A DNA stretch of 64,000 nt from Burkholderiales bacterium (lineage in GTDB: Bacteria; Pseudomonadota; Gammaproteobacteria; Burkholderiales; Casimicrobiaceae). Location: assembly GCA_025352105.1 (NCBI GenBank), contig JANXUB010000222.1, positions 38,542 to 102,541 on the forward strand, read 5' to 3'. How positions within the stretch are numbered: position 1 is the stretch's first letter; each line of letters begins with the position of its first letter. This document shows, piece after piece, positions 47,585 to 57,920 of the stretch. The notes under the pieces were generated by a model that worked only from the letters and a program-made list of their open reading frames with translations, was not told where the DNA came from and did no database searches. Both the position numbers and the translations under genes were made by a program.

Positions 47585-48874
47585 CTAAACGTCATACTTT
47601 CGTGCGTCATCAATCACTTTGCCGTCGTTCGCGAGCGCGCCTGCCACAGCGAAAACCACTTCGCCACCCAGCTTCGTCACGTCACGTAATGCCGACGCGA
47701 TTTTGGCCCTGAGCTCCTCGTTTGACGATGCGCATTCCGCATGAAGCGCCATCGCGTCCTTCTGATCAGGATTGGTGATGACGAGGCGCACACGGCCAAG
47801 CTCGGGAAAGCGTTTCGCCACCGCATCCACTTGCGACGGATGCACAAACATGCCCTTCACTTTCGCCGTCTGATCGGCGCGGCCCATCCAGCCCTTGATG
47901 CGCATATTGGTGCGCCCCGTGGGACAGACACCGTGCAGCACGGCAGACAAATCACCCGTACCAAAACGGATCAAAGGATAGTCGGGATTAAACGTTGTCA
48001 CCACGATCTCGCCGACTTCGCCTTCGGGCACCGGATCGCCCGTGCCGGGGCGCACGATCTCGACGATGATGTCTTCGTCAATCACCATGCCCTGAACATT
48101 GCCGTTGGGGTCTGGCGCCTCGTACGCGACAAGACCCAAGTCCGCCGTCGCGTAAGTTTGCGTGCCGACGATACCGCGTATTTTCAGCATTTCGCGCAAC
48201 TGCGGCGGAAAATATTCACCCGACACCGACGCGTGTTTTAGCGACGTGATCGGCGTGCCCAGCTCATCCGCTTTTTCCAGCAAAATGCGCAAAAACGACG
48301 GCGTGCCGGTATACGCCGTTGGCTGCAAATCCAGCATCGCCGCAATCTGCTGCTCGGTGTTACCCACACCCGCCGGAAACACCGTGCAGCCCAACGCCAC
48401 CGCGCCCGCATCCATGATCCAGCCGCCCGGCGTCATGTGATAACTGAACGTGTTGTGCACCAGGTCACCCGCGCGAAAGCCCGCCGCATAAAGCGCGCGC
48501 GCCGTACGTGCGTACGCGGTCGAGCCATGACCCTCCGGTTCATAAATCGGGCCGGGCGAGGCGAACACGCGTGCCGCCTTGCTGGCATTCGCATTCCAAC
48601 CCGCAATCCCCAACGCCGAATAGCCTCCAAACGGATCACCCTTCGCAGCACGCGACGCCTGCTGCTGCTCAAGCAATTCGCTCTTGCGGATGACTGGCAG
48701 TTTCGCGAGGGCAGCGCGAGAAGTTACGGTCACGGGATCAACATTCGCTAGCGATTTTGCGAATGCGGTCGTTGTGGTTTTGGCGTGAGCGATCTGCCTG
48801 CTCAGGCGCGAAAAAAGGTCGGCTTCGCGCTCGGAGGAAAAACGTGTTTCGCGGGGATCGGGGAAGATGGACAT
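47585..48874 (-). CDS. phenylacetate-CoA ligase (PaaK/F390 synthetase) family adenylating enzyme
   Basis: 429 aa; ANL-superfamily blocks (YTGTPSF, ATADLG, GDL...GR). Confidence 0.8.
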   Translation of the reverse strand: MSIFPDPRETRFSSEREADLFSRLSRQIAHAKTTTTAFAKSLANVDPVTVTSRAALAKLPVIRKSELLEQQQASRAAKGDPFGGYSALGIAGWNANASKAARVFASPGPIYEPEGHGSTAYARTARALYAAGFRAGDLVHNTFSYHMTPGGWIMDAGAVALGCTVFPAGVGNTEQQIAAMLDLQPTAYTGTPSFLRILLEKADELGTPITSLKHASVSGEYFPPQLREMLKIRGIVGTQTYATADLGLVAYEAPDPNGNVQGMVIDEDIIVEIVRPGTGDPVPEGEVGEIVVTTFNPDYPLIRFGTGDLSAVLHGVCPTGRTNMRIKGWMGRADQTAKVKGMFVHPSQVDAVAKRFPELGRVRLVITNPDQKDAMALHAECASSNEELRAKIASALRDVTKLGGEVVFAVAGALANDGKVIDDARKYDV

Positions 48875-48964
48875 GGTGGCAATTAGAGCGGATTGCGGTA
48901 AGCATTGATGTTACTAGCGGGGCGTTGTCATCGTACACGCTAGCGCCCGGTGTAAAGTACCGTC

Positions 48965-49204
48965 ATGGCACCAACCGTATTCCGCGATGGGCAGTTTCGC
49001 TTTTTCTTTTTCTCAAGAGAAGAGACGCGCATTCATGTGCATGTTGCACATCCCGACGGCGAGGCAAAATTCTGGCTGACACCACACGTTCACTTCGCGA
49101 CTTCAACGGGTCTAGACGCCCGTCAACTGCGCGCCGCACAAACCATCGTCGAATCACATTTCGAGGAAATCACAAATGCCAAGCACCATCACTTTGGCTC
49201 CTGA
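48965..49204 (+). CDS. DUF4160 domain protein
   Basis: 79 aa; FRFFFFSREETRIHVHV motif characteristic of DUF4160 (from memory). Confidence 0.7.
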   Translation: MAPTVFRDGQFRFFFFSREETRIHVHVAHPDGEAKFWLTPHVHFATSTGLDARQLRAAQTIVESHFEEITNAKHHHFGS

Positions 49205-49433
49205 AGTTACTCACGTTTCGCAGCACGGACTTTGGCTCCTGCTCGCCGACGAGGAAGTGCTTCTACCGTTTGAACAGTTTCCGTGGTTCCGGCGTGCAAC
49301 GATTGAGCAGCTGTCAAACGTAGAGTGGCCGAGCCCGGATCATCTTTACTGGCCGGAGTTGGATGTGAACCTTTCGGTGGCCTCGATTCGGAGTCCAGAT
49401 GCGTTTCCGTTGGTGTCGCGTGCCGCTCAGTAG
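49176..49433 (+). CDS. DUF2442 domain protein
   Basis: 85 aa; overlaps the DUF4160 gene by 29 nt, the usual two-gene arrangement. Confidence 0.7.
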   Translation: MPSTITLAPEVTHVSQHGLWLLLADEEVLLPFEQFPWFRRATIEQLSNVEWPSPDHLYWPELDVNLSVASIRSPDAFPLVSRAAQ

Positions 49434-49457
49434 CTTCGACTCGAGCGCGCTGCGCGA

Positions 49458-49946
49458 CTAACACGTCAACTGATCCAACCCCGCATTAAACCGATCCAGC
49501 GCCGCATGAAGCGCTTCGAATTCATCTGCCCCCAGTGAGTCAACGATAGCCCCGTGCGTGGCTTCAACTTCGCGACCAATCTTGCGGTGAAGGGCATTTC
49601 CGCTGGCCGTCAAGCGCACGACGCTGCGGCGCAGATCGTCGGCGTGAGCCTGCCGCTTGATCCAGCCGAACTCCTCCATGCGACTCAGGATGCCGGTGAG
49701 ACTGGGCTTGAGGATGACGCATCGCTTGGTGATTTCGCCGGGCTCCATTTCGCCGTTCGCGGCTAGCGCACGAATCACGCGCCACTGCTGCTCGGTCACG
49801 TCATGTTTCGTCAGCACCGGCCGGAAGTGCTGCATGAAACGTTCGCGCGTGGCGAGGAGCTCTAGCGCCAGATGTCGGCGATGGGTGCTTACTGCATCCC
49901 CCGCCGGGTTAATGCCATTGACGTTCTGAGCCGTGTCGCCGATCAT
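49458..49946 (-). CDS. hpaR: MarR-family regulator, HpaR-like (homoprotocatechuate operon repressor)
   Basis: FRPVLTKHDVTEQQWRVIRAL...ILKPSLTGILSRME closely parallels E. coli HpaR; adjacent to hpa genes. Confidence 0.8.
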   Translation of the reverse strand: MIGDTAQNVNGINPAGDAVSTHRRHLALELLATRERFMQHFRPVLTKHDVTEQQWRVIRALAANGEMEPGEITKRCVILKPSLTGILSRMEEFGWIKRQAHADDLRRSVVRLTASGNALHRKIGREVEATHGAIVDSLGADEFEALHAALDRFNAGLDQLTC

Positions 49947-50000
49947 TTGCGTTCACCTGATTTGAATTTGATTGCACCGCTTGCAGTGAATCTTGAATGT

Positions 50001-50016
50001 AGTTAACATATTAACT
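50001..50016. promoter_or_regulatory. weak candidate MarR-type operator
   Basis: AGTTAA-CATA-TTAACT inverted repeat in the hpaR divergent region. Confidence 0.25.
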
Positions 50017-50075
50017 TAATGCGGATCGTAGCCGTACCGACACTACCCAAAGAAAAGCCACTTTAAGGAGACCCC

Positions 50076-51068
50076 ATGTCCATCAATCGTCGTGAATTTG
50101 TGCAAAGTAGTGTGGCTCTGGCTGCGCTGTCATCCATGGGATTTGTGGTGCGTGCAGAGGCGCAAGCCATTGATACGCTGAAAGTGGTGACCGGCTTCCC
50201 ACCGGGTGGCACGTCGGACACCACCTGCCGTCGTCTGGCCGAGAAGCTGCGCGGGACGTACGCGAAGAACACGCTGGTTGAGAACCGCACCGGCGCGGGC
50301 GGTCAGATCGTGATTCAGTCAATGAAAACCTTGACGCCTGACGGTACAACGCTCATGCAGACGCCGATGTCGATGCTTGGCATTTATCCGCATATTTACA
50401 AAAAATTGTCATACGATCCTATCAATGATGTGATGCCGGTTTCACTCACGGCCGTGTTCGATTTCGGTCTCGCCGTCGGCCCCGCCGTACCTGCCAGTGT
50501 GACCAACGTGAACGAATTTGTGACGTGGTGCAAGGCCAATCCGAACATGGCGAATTTCGGCTCGCCTGCCGCGGGATCCGTGCCGCATTTCATCGGCGCG
50601 CTGCTTGGGCGTGCGACTGGCGTTGACTTTAAGCATGCGCCGTATCGCGGCTCGCAGCCCGCGCTCCTCGAAATGATGGGTGGTAACCTGACCGCTGTGT
50701 CCGCTCCGGTCGGCGATATCCTGCAACACGTTTCGGGCGGCAAAGCGCGTCTTCTGGCCACCTCCGGCGCGAAACGTAACAAGTTCGCGCCGACGATCGC
50801 AACCTACACCGAGCAGGGTTTGAAGGACTTTGCGTTCAGCGAATGGTTCGGCCTCTACACGGTCGCAAAAACGCCCGCCGACGTGGTGCAAAAAATGAAT
50901 GCCGCCTGTCGCGAAGCCATCGCGTCAAAAGAATTCACCGATGGCCTGGCCACGTTCGGTCTGGAGGCGCAATCATCGTCGCCCGCTGAGCTCGCGGCGA
51001 TGCTCAAGGCAGATACGGACCGCTGGGCTCCGTTGGTCAAGGCGATTGGCTTCTCGGCTGACGCCTGA
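50076..51068 (+). CDS. Bug-family (TctC-like) tripartite tricarboxylate transporter substrate-binding protein
   Basis: Tat-type leader SINRREFV, PGGTSD and GSPAAGS blocks typical of the Bug family. Confidence 0.88.
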   Translation: MSINRREFVQSSVALAALSSMGFVVRAEAQAIDTLKVVTGFPPGGTSDTTCRRLAEKLRGTYAKNTLVENRTGAGGQIVIQSMKTLTPDGTTLMQTPMSMLGIYPHIYKKLSYDPINDVMPVSLTAVFDFGLAVGPAVPASVTNVNEFVTWCKANPNMANFGSPAAGSVPHFIGALLGRATGVDFKHAPYRGSQPALLEMMGGNLTAVSAPVGDILQHVSGGKARLLATSGAKRNKFAPTIATYTEQGLKDFAFSEWFGLYTVAKTPADVVQKMNAACREAIASKEFTDGLATFGLEAQSSSPAELAAMLKADTDRWAPLVKAIGFSADA

Positions 51069-51081
51069 TCGGGGAACACAG

Positions 51082-52479
51082 ATGCAGGATCTTCGTGCCG
51101 CGTTCAGCGGAAAGCTGATCACCGACGCCGCCGACATGCAGCCGTTCACCACCGACTGGCGCAAGCGCTGGTTCGGTAAGGCGATTGCAGTGGCGCAGCC
51201 GGACACAACGGAGGACGTGGCGGCAGTCGTGCGTTGGTGCGTCGCGAACAAGGTGCCCGTCGTGCCGCAGGGCGGCAACACGGGCATGTCGGGCGCATCG
51301 GTGCCGGATGAGTCCGGAACCGCGCTGGTGCTCTCGCTGGCGCGGATGAACCGGGTGCGCGAGCTTGATCTGCCGAACAACACGATCACGGTGGAAGCGG
51401 GCTGCATTTTGCAAACGGTGCAGGAGCTAGCGCGTGAAAACGGCAAGTTGTTTCCGCTCTCGCTCGGCGCGGAAGGCTCGTGCATGATTGGTGGCAATCT
51501 GTCGAGCAATGCGGGTGGCGTCGGGGTGTTGCGCTACGGCAATGCGCGCGAGCTCTGTCTGGGCGTTGAAGTTGTGACGGCGCAGGGCGAAATCTGGAAT
51601 GGTTTGCGCGGTTTGCGCAAGGACAACACGGGATACGACTTGCGCGATCTGTTCATCGGCGCAGAGGGCACGCTCGGTGTGATCACTGCGGCAACGCTTA
51701 AAGTATTTCCGTTACCCGCCGCCAAAATCACCGCCTGGGCAGCGGTCAAAGACTTGCACGGCGGGCTGCGCCTGTTGGAACTGGCGCAAAACAAACTGGG
51801 CGCGCGGCTCACGGCCTTCGAGGCGCTTACGCCGCCCTGCATCGAGCTCTTGGGTGAGCAATTGCCGCATTTGCGCTGGCCGCTTTCAACGCGTGACACC
51901 CATGCCGTGCTGATCGAACTCTCTGATGGCGAGAGTGAAGCGAATGGCCGCGCCGCGCTGGAAACGTTGCTCGAATCAGCCTTCGAATCAGGCCTCGTGA
52001 CCGATGCCGCCATCGCCTCGAACCTCACGCAATCGACCGAGTTCTGGAGTCTGCGTGATCACATGACCGAGGCTCAGCAGCGCGCGGGCAAAAACATCAA
52101 ACACGATATCGCCGTGCCAATCTCGCGTACGGCCGATTTCGTGACCAGCACTAACGCAGAGATTGCCAAGCACTTTCCCGGCGTGCGGATGATTGTGTTT
52201 GGGCATTTGGGTGACGGAAATCTGCACTACAACGTGTCGCCGCCGAAGGGTACGACAGGCGAAGATTTTGTCAGTATCGAAGGCGCAATCAATCGCATCA
52301 CGCACGACGCGGTGCATGCGCATGGCGGCTCGGTCTCGGCCGAGCATGGCCTCGGTGTACTGCGTCGCGGCGAGGCGGCGCGCTACAAGTCTTCCGTAGA
52401 ACTGAACATGATGCGCGCGATCAAGCAGGCGCTTGACCCGCAAGGTCTCATGAATCCGGGTAAGGGGCTACCGCTTTGA
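51082..52479 (+). CDS. FAD-linked oxidase (GlcD / D-2-hydroxyacid dehydrogenase family)
   Basis: PQGGNTGMSGASVP FAD-binding block and C-terminal FAD-oxidase_C region; start at the ATG after the Bug gene stop. Confidence 0.85.
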   Translation: MQDLRAAFSGKLITDAADMQPFTTDWRKRWFGKAIAVAQPDTTEDVAAVVRWCVANKVPVVPQGGNTGMSGASVPDESGTALVLSLARMNRVRELDLPNNTITVEAGCILQTVQELARENGKLFPLSLGAEGSCMIGGNLSSNAGGVGVLRYGNARELCLGVEVVTAQGEIWNGLRGLRKDNTGYDLRDLFIGAEGTLGVITAATLKVFPLPAAKITAWAAVKDLHGGLRLLELAQNKLGARLTAFEALTPPCIELLGEQLPHLRWPLSTRDTHAVLIELSDGESEANGRAALETLLESAFESGLVTDAAIASNLTQSTEFWSLRDHMTEAQQRAGKNIKHDIAVPISRTADFVTSTNAEIAKHFPGVRMIVFGHLGDGNLHYNVSPPKGTTGEDFVSIEGAINRITHDAVHAHGGSVSAEHGLGVLRRGEAARYKSSVELNMMRAIKQALDPQGLMNPGKGLPL

Positions 52480-53951
52480 ACCAAGCCGCACTGAATGTTG
52501 CGGGGCATGCTGTTTCGCCGCTGCACTACATCAACGGTGAGCGCGTAGGCTCGGCGGAAACGTTCGAGCTTTTCTCGCCGATTGATCAGCGTGTGCTGGG
52601 CCAAATTGCACAAGCGACACCTGAGCAAGTCGCAAGCGCGGTGACCGCTGCGAGCGCCGCATTTGCTGCGTGGTCGCAGCTGACAGCAGCAGTGCGACGC
52701 GACTATCTGCATGCGTTCGCGGCGGAGATTGGCAAACGCAAAGACGCCTTCTGCGAAGTTGAATCAAACGACGCAGGCGTGCTGCTGTCGCGCATGCAAC
52801 ACGGTGTCGCTCCGCGCGCAATGCTGAACCTGACGTACTTTGCCGATCATGCGTTGACGCTGCAAGATCATATGATCGTCACTGATCAGGCGACGCACTA
52901 TGTGAAGCATGACCCGGCGGGCGTGTGCGCCATCATCACGCCGTGGAATGCGCCCTTGATGTTGACGACATGGAAGCTCGGCCCCGCACTGGCGTCCGGC
53001 AACACCGTAGTGATCAAGCCGCCGGAATGGGCACCGTTAACGTGCTCGTTGCTCGCGGATTGCGCGCATGCGGCGGGCTTGCCGCCGGGTGTCGTGAACA
53101 TCGTTCAGGGTAGTGGCTCGGTGACGGGTGCGGCGCTGGTCTCCGATCCGCGCCTCGCGAGAATTTCGTTCACCGGCTCGGTGCCCACCGCGAAATTGAT
53201 CGCGGGGGCCGCCGCGCAGAATCTCGTGCCATGCAGCCTTGAACTTGGCGGTAAATCACCGTTCATTGTGCTCGAAGATGCCGACGTTGACGCGGCCGCG
53301 GCCTGTGGCGCGCTGATGTATCGCAACGCGACGCAAGTGTGTCTCGCTGGGACGCGCTTTCTCGTACATGAGCGCGTTCGCGATGCGTTCGTGGCGAGCA
53401 TGCGTGGCGTGGTCGACAAGCTCACGGTCGGCGATCCGCGCGACGCTGCGACAGAGGTTGGCCCGGTCATTCATCCACGTCAGTATGAGCGCGTCAAAGC
53501 CTTCGTAGCGCGCGCGAAAGCAGCGGGCGCAACGGTGCTGTGGGGCGGCGAGCCGCATCCGTTTGGCGCGCCGTATTTTCAGCCGACCATGCTGACTAAC
53601 GTTGCGCAGGATTCCGAGATTGTGCAAGCAGAGGTCTTCGGCCCGGTGTTGACGTTGCAGACTTTTTCAACGGACGCCGAACTGATCGCCATGGCGAACG
53701 GGACGGACTACGGGCTCGGCGGTGTTTGCTACGGCGCGGAGCCTCATGCGAAGGCTGTTGCCGAGCAGGTGCGCACCGGCTTCATCTGGGTCAACAGCTT
53801 CGGCATTCGCGATCTCGCGGCACCGTTCGGCGGTTGCAAACGCTCTGGAAACGGACGCGAGGGCGGCGACTGGAGCTTTGAGTTTTTCTGCGACATCAAA
53901 GATGTCGTGGTGCCATCGAGGCCGTTTGTTCCAAGCTTTTCTCATCGATAG
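52476..53951 (+). CDS. hpaE: 5-carboxymethyl-2-hydroxymuconate semialdehyde dehydrogenase
   Basis: ALDH motifs ELGGKSP and catalytic Cys context QVCLAGTR; TTGA overlap with the upstream gene; hpa context. Confidence 0.85.
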   Translation: MNQAALNVAGHAVSPLHYINGERVGSAETFELFSPIDQRVLGQIAQATPEQVASAVTAASAAFAAWSQLTAAVRRDYLHAFAAEIGKRKDAFCEVESNDAGVLLSRMQHGVAPRAMLNLTYFADHALTLQDHMIVTDQATHYVKHDPAGVCAIITPWNAPLMLTTWKLGPALASGNTVVIKPPEWAPLTCSLLADCAHAAGLPPGVVNIVQGSGSVTGAALVSDPRLARISFTGSVPTAKLIAGAAAQNLVPCSLELGGKSPFIVLEDADVDAAAACGALMYRNATQVCLAGTRFLVHERVRDAFVASMRGVVDKLTVGDPRDAATEVGPVIHPRQYERVKAFVARAKAAGATVLWGGEPHPFGAPYFQPTMLTNVAQDSEIVQAEVFGPVLTLQTFSTDAELIAMANGTDYGLGGVCYGAEPHAKAVAEQVRTGFIWVNSFGIRDLAAPFGGCKRSGNGREGGDWSFEFFCDIKDVVVPSRPFVPSFSHR

Positions 53952-53965
53952 TCGAAGGTAGTTTC

Positions 53966-54856
53966 ATGGGAAAAATTGTTGGCGCGGCTTTGGTGTCGCA
54001 TCATCCGGGCCTTTTTCAGAGCGATGAATTTCGCATTAAGATGGGCGACGGAGCAGACTCGGATTTGATTCCCGGTTATGACCGCCTGCGCAAAAAAATA
54101 GATGCGGTCAAGCCCGACACGCTCATCATTTTCGACACGCACTGGTTCACCACTGGCTATCACCTGATCGACGGCGGGCGAGTGCATCGCGGCAGCTACA
54201 TCTCGGATGAAATGCCCTGGTACCTCTACGGGCAGGCTTACAACTATCAGGGCAATCCTGAACTGGCGGGCCTGATCGAAACGGTGGCCGTCGAACGCGG
54301 CGTGATGTCGAAAGCGGTGTACGACCACGATCTGCCGAAGCATTACGCAACGATCAACGTGGCCAACAAATTGGCCCGAGGTGAACGCGTCGTGTCAGTG
54401 AGCAATTGCCAGAACTGTCAGCCACATCATTTTGTCGAATCCGGCAGCGTGATTGCCGAGGCGATTGCCCGTAGCGTTGCACCCAACAGCGAGCGTGTGG
54501 TGTTGCTCGCATCCGGCGCGTTGAGTCACAAGTTCAACCAGATCGACTGGGTGCAAAAGCATCCACGTATTTATCACGAGAGCAATGTCTCGCGCCCAGA
54601 AAACATTGCACTGGACAAAGAGGCCATCGCGCTCATGGAGGCGGGAAATCACGCGTCTATTCTTGATCAATGGGACAGCAAATTCCGCAAAATTCCGTGG
54701 GAGGGATTCGGCGGACATTACCTGCAAATGATCGGCGCATTGGGCGCGCGCGATTGCAAGGCAGCAGGCACGACGCTCTCCGATTACGAGAATGCGCGCG
54801 GCACCGGCAATATTCACATGTGGTTCGACGTCGAGCCGCAACAGGACAAATTATGA
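53966..54856 (+). CDS. hpaD: 3,4-dihydroxyphenylacetate 2,3-dioxygenase (LigB-type extradiol)
   Basis: colinear with E. coli HpaD (MGK...H.P, IIFDTHW, YNYQGNPEL, SGALSH). Confidence 0.85.
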   Translation: MGKIVGAALVSHHPGLFQSDEFRIKMGDGADSDLIPGYDRLRKKIDAVKPDTLIIFDTHWFTTGYHLIDGGRVHRGSYISDEMPWYLYGQAYNYQGNPELAGLIETVAVERGVMSKAVYDHDLPKHYATINVANKLARGERVVSVSNCQNCQPHHFVESGSVIAEAIARSVAPNSERVVLLASGALSHKFNQIDWVQKHPRIYHESNVSRPENIALDKEAIALMEAGNHASILDQWDSKFRKIPWEGFGGHYLQMIGALGARDCKAAGTTLSDYENARGTGNIHMWFDVEPQQDKL

Positions 54857-55800
54857 GCGTCGCAACACCCAACCCGTTACCGAAAATTCTCTCTGGCCCG
54901 CGTGTTGAGCGTCGCCGCGTGCTGGTGGGCGGCAGCGCATATTGGGGCACGGTTGACGAGAGCGCGTCGAACATTCTTCTCGATGATGGACGTTGCTTCG
55001 CGCTTCACACCGTTCAACATCTGGCACCGTGCGAACCAACGAAAATCATCTGCGTGCATCTGTCGTACAGCTCACGCGGTGTCGAAACGCGGAACAACCC
55101 GGTGCCGACCCTCACGCCGACGTATTTCACCAAACCACCCACCGCAATCAATTATCACGGCGGCGAAATGGTGAAACCTGCGGACTGCCAGTACCTCAAT
55201 TACGAAGGCGAGTACGCCGTCATCATCGGCAAAATTTGTCGCAATGTCACACCGGATGAAGCGTGGGATTACATGCTTGGCTTCGCACCCGCGCTTGACA
55301 TGGGCCTGCAAAATTTTCGCGACACTGATCAGGGTTCGATGCTGCGCGTGAAAGGCGCGGACGGCATGCTGCCCATCGGGCCGGGGATCGTCAGTGGCGT
55401 CAATATTCTGGAACAGACGTTACGCACCTATCGCAACGGATTGCTCGTACAGGAAGCAAAGATCGGTGACGAGATGATCTGGTGGCCGCATTACATGGTG
55501 GCGGACATTGCGAGACACATCACGCTCATGCCGGGTGACGTGATTCTCACGGGCACGCCTTGTCATTCACGGTCAGTGGATGTCGGTGATCTGGTGGAGG
55601 TTGAGATTACGGGGCTGGGGCGTTTGTCGAGTCGCGTGGTTGCTGGACCGGTGCCACGCGCTTCGGCGCTGATTGAGCCTGTGGGACATCAACCGACGGA
55701 CAGCGCAGAGGTTCGGCGCGTGGCGCTTGGGTTTGACGAGCGCGTGCCAGAGCATTTCAAGAAGAACTACCGCGACGCTGCATCGTCGGAGCACAAGTAA
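54853..55800 (+). CDS. hpaG: fumarylacetoacetate-hydrolase family protein (HpaG-like isomerase/decarboxylase)
   Basis: FAH fold blocks ([20 protein letters not shown]); ATGA overlap with hpaD. Confidence 0.75.
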   Translation: MSVATPNPLPKILSGPRVERRRVLVGGSAYWGTVDESASNILLDDGRCFALHTVQHLAPCEPTKIICVHLSYSSRGVETRNNPVPTLTPTYFTKPPTAINYHGGEMVKPADCQYLNYEGEYAVIIGKICRNVTPDEAWDYMLGFAPALDMGLQNFRDTDQGSMLRVKGADGMLPIGPGIVSGVNILEQTLRTYRNGLLVQEAKIGDEMIWWPHYMVADIARHITLMPGDVILTGTPCHSRSVDVGDLVEVEITGLGRLSSRVVAGPVPRASALIEPVGHQPTDSAEVRRVALGFDERVPEHFKKNYRDAASSEHK

Positions 55801-56609
55801 TGGCGCTCTCCGTTGATACGATTACGATGCTCGCTAACGAGCTCAATATCGCCGAAAAAACTCGCGTTCAGGTGGAGCAATTTTCCAAACGCTTCCCCGA
55901 GATGACAGTGGCCGATGGCTACGCGATCCAGAAGACATGGGTAGCGATCAAATGCGCCGAAGGCCGCAAAATTGTCGGCCACAAAATCGGCCTGACGTCT
56001 CGCGCCATGCAGCTTGCCTCGCAGATCAGCGAACCGGATTTTGGCGCGCTGCTGGACGATATGATGTTTGCGGCTGGCGACGATATTCCGATGTCGCGCT
56101 ACATCTTGCCGATGGTCGAAGTGGAGCTGGCCTTCGTCCTGAAGACAGGGCTAACCGGGCCGAATGTGACCATCGCCGATGTGCTCGCTGCGACCGATTA
56201 CGTGGTGCCCGCCATCGAGCTGATCGACGCGCGGATTGATCGGCTGGATCGTGTGACCAAAGCGCCGCGCAAAGTGTTCGACACGATCTCTGACAACGCG
56301 GCGAATGCAGGTGTCGTGTTGGGCGCAACGCGCGTGGCTGCTGATGCGATTGATCTGCGCTGGACTGGCGCGATCATGGAGAAAAATGGTGTCGTCGAGG
56401 AGACGGGGCTCGCGGCGGGTGTCCTTGGGCATCCTGCGGCTGGTATCGCGTGGCTCGCCAACAAACTCGCGCCGCACAGTGAGTCTTTGGTTGCGGGGGA
56501 GCTGTTGCTGGCAGGTTCGTTTACGCGCCCCGTGGCAGCAGCGTTGGGCGACAAATTTAGCGTTGATTACGGCAGCGTTCTGGGCAAAATTGAATTCCGG
56601 TTTGTGTGA
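55800..56609 (+). CDS. hpaH: 2-oxo-hept-3-ene-1,7-dioate hydratase
   Basis: 269 aa; MhpD/HpaH hydratase pattern ([16 protein letters not shown]). Confidence 0.85.
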   Translation: MALSVDTITMLANELNIAEKTRVQVEQFSKRFPEMTVADGYAIQKTWVAIKCAEGRKIVGHKIGLTSRAMQLASQISEPDFGALLDDMMFAAGDDIPMSRYILPMVEVELAFVLKTGLTGPNVTIADVLAATDYVVPAIELIDARIDRLDRVTKAPRKVFDTISDNAANAGVVLGATRVAADAIDLRWTGAIMEKNGVVEETGLAAGVLGHPAAGIAWLANKLAPHSESLVAGELLLAGSFTRPVAAALGDKFSVDYGSVLGKIEFRFV

Positions 56610-56627
56610 GCCGGTGAAAGATTGGCG

Positions 56628-57602
56628 ATGAAGGTTTGTATCGTTGGCGCAGGTGCCATTGGCGGCTGGATGGGGGCGCGCCTCGCGCTAGCGGGCCATG
56701 AGGTGAGCGCACTGGCGCGCGGCGCGACGCTGGCGGCGATTCAGAAAAATGGATTGCAACTCATTGAAGGCGGCGTAACGACTAGCGTGCCGGTGAAGGC
56801 CTTTGCCGCTGCCGCTGAACTCGACGCGCCCGACCTGCTGATCATCGCGGTGAAAGCGCCGGGTCTGCGCGACGCAGCGCTCTCGGTTGCATCCTTGATT
56901 GGCGCGAACACCGTCGTGCTGACTGCGATGAATGGCGTTCCGTGGTGGTTTTTTAATCGGTTAGATCGTCCTTTAGCCGGTGCGCTACTCCGCTCGATTG
57001 ACCCAACCTGCGACATCACCGTTGCCATTCCGCCTGCCTGTGTCATCGGTTGTGTGGTTCATGCCGCGTGCAGTGTCGACGCCCCCGGAGTCATTCGTCA
57101 CAAGATGGGCCAACGACTGATCATCGGCGAGCCGGGTGGTGGAATGTCCGCGCGCCTCAAAGCGCTGCACGAAACGCTGGTCGCCGCAGGCTTCGAGCCC
57201 GAATCGAGCACCGATATTCAGCGCGACGTTTGGTTCAAGCTCTGGGGCAACATGACGATGAACCCGGTGTCCGCGCTTACCGGCGCAACGACCGACAAGA
57301 TTCTCGACGACGAACTCACGCGCGAATTCTGTTCCGCTGTGATGCGCGAAGCGCAGGCCATCGGCAACAAAATCGGCATCCCGATTGGGCAAACGCCGGA
57401 GGCGCGTCACGAAGTCACACGCAAGCTCGGCGCGATGAAAACCTCCATGCTGCAGGACGTTGAAGCGAACAAGGGCCTGGAGCTTGATGCGCTCGTAGCG
57501 TCCGTTCGCGAGATCGGACAAAAGGTCGGCATTGCCACGCCGTTCACCGACGCCTTGCTCGGCCTGACGCGGCTCATGGCGCGTGGTCGTGGCTTGTATT
57601 GA
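56628..57602 (+). CDS. 2-dehydropantoate 2-reductase family oxidoreductase
   Basis: Rossmann motif IVGAGAIGG, ApbA/PanE C-terminal domain. Confidence 0.8.
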   Translation: MKVCIVGAGAIGGWMGARLALAGHEVSALARGATLAAIQKNGLQLIEGGVTTSVPVKAFAAAAELDAPDLLIIAVKAPGLRDAALSVASLIGANTVVLTAMNGVPWWFFNRLDRPLAGALLRSIDPTCDITVAIPPACVIGCVVHAACSVDAPGVIRHKMGQRLIIGEPGGGMSARLKALHETLVAAGFEPESSTDIQRDVWFKLWGNMTMNPVSALTGATTDKILDDELTREFCSAVMREAQAIGNKIGIPIGQTPEARHEVTRKLGAMKTSMLQDVEANKGLELDALVASVREIGQKVGIATPFTDALLGLTRLMARGRGLY

Positions 57603-57635
57603 GCGCTACAGCGTGCGGAATAATGCCATTTATTT

Positions 57636-57760
57636 CTTAACAACTATTTCTTAAAAGCCAGTCTGCAAAAGGGCTGAATACGATTTAAGCAAGAAGTCGA
57701 TTTGCACATATACCGGCTTGTAGCCCATATAAAACGGCAGTTTTCTGAAATAGTTGTTAG
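57636..57760 (+). repeat. copy 6 of ~125-bp nested-palindrome intergenic element
   Basis: cttaacaactatttc...gggctgaata...aagtcgattt...cttgtagccc atataaaacggcag...gaaatagttgttag; outer arms match 13 of 14 as an inverted repeat. Confidence 0.75.
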
Positions 57761-57920
57761 TATTTGGGTGAACTTTGAGTGTGCTCGGAACTACGGCTCT
57801 CGACCAACCGTGGCATTCGCGGTACTGCAACAAACGTCTGCTAGTCACTTGGCAAAGTTGCTTAATTTACGGAAGCTACAACGCGCCCAGCCAATCGAGC
57901 GTGAATCCTGGGGAAATCGC

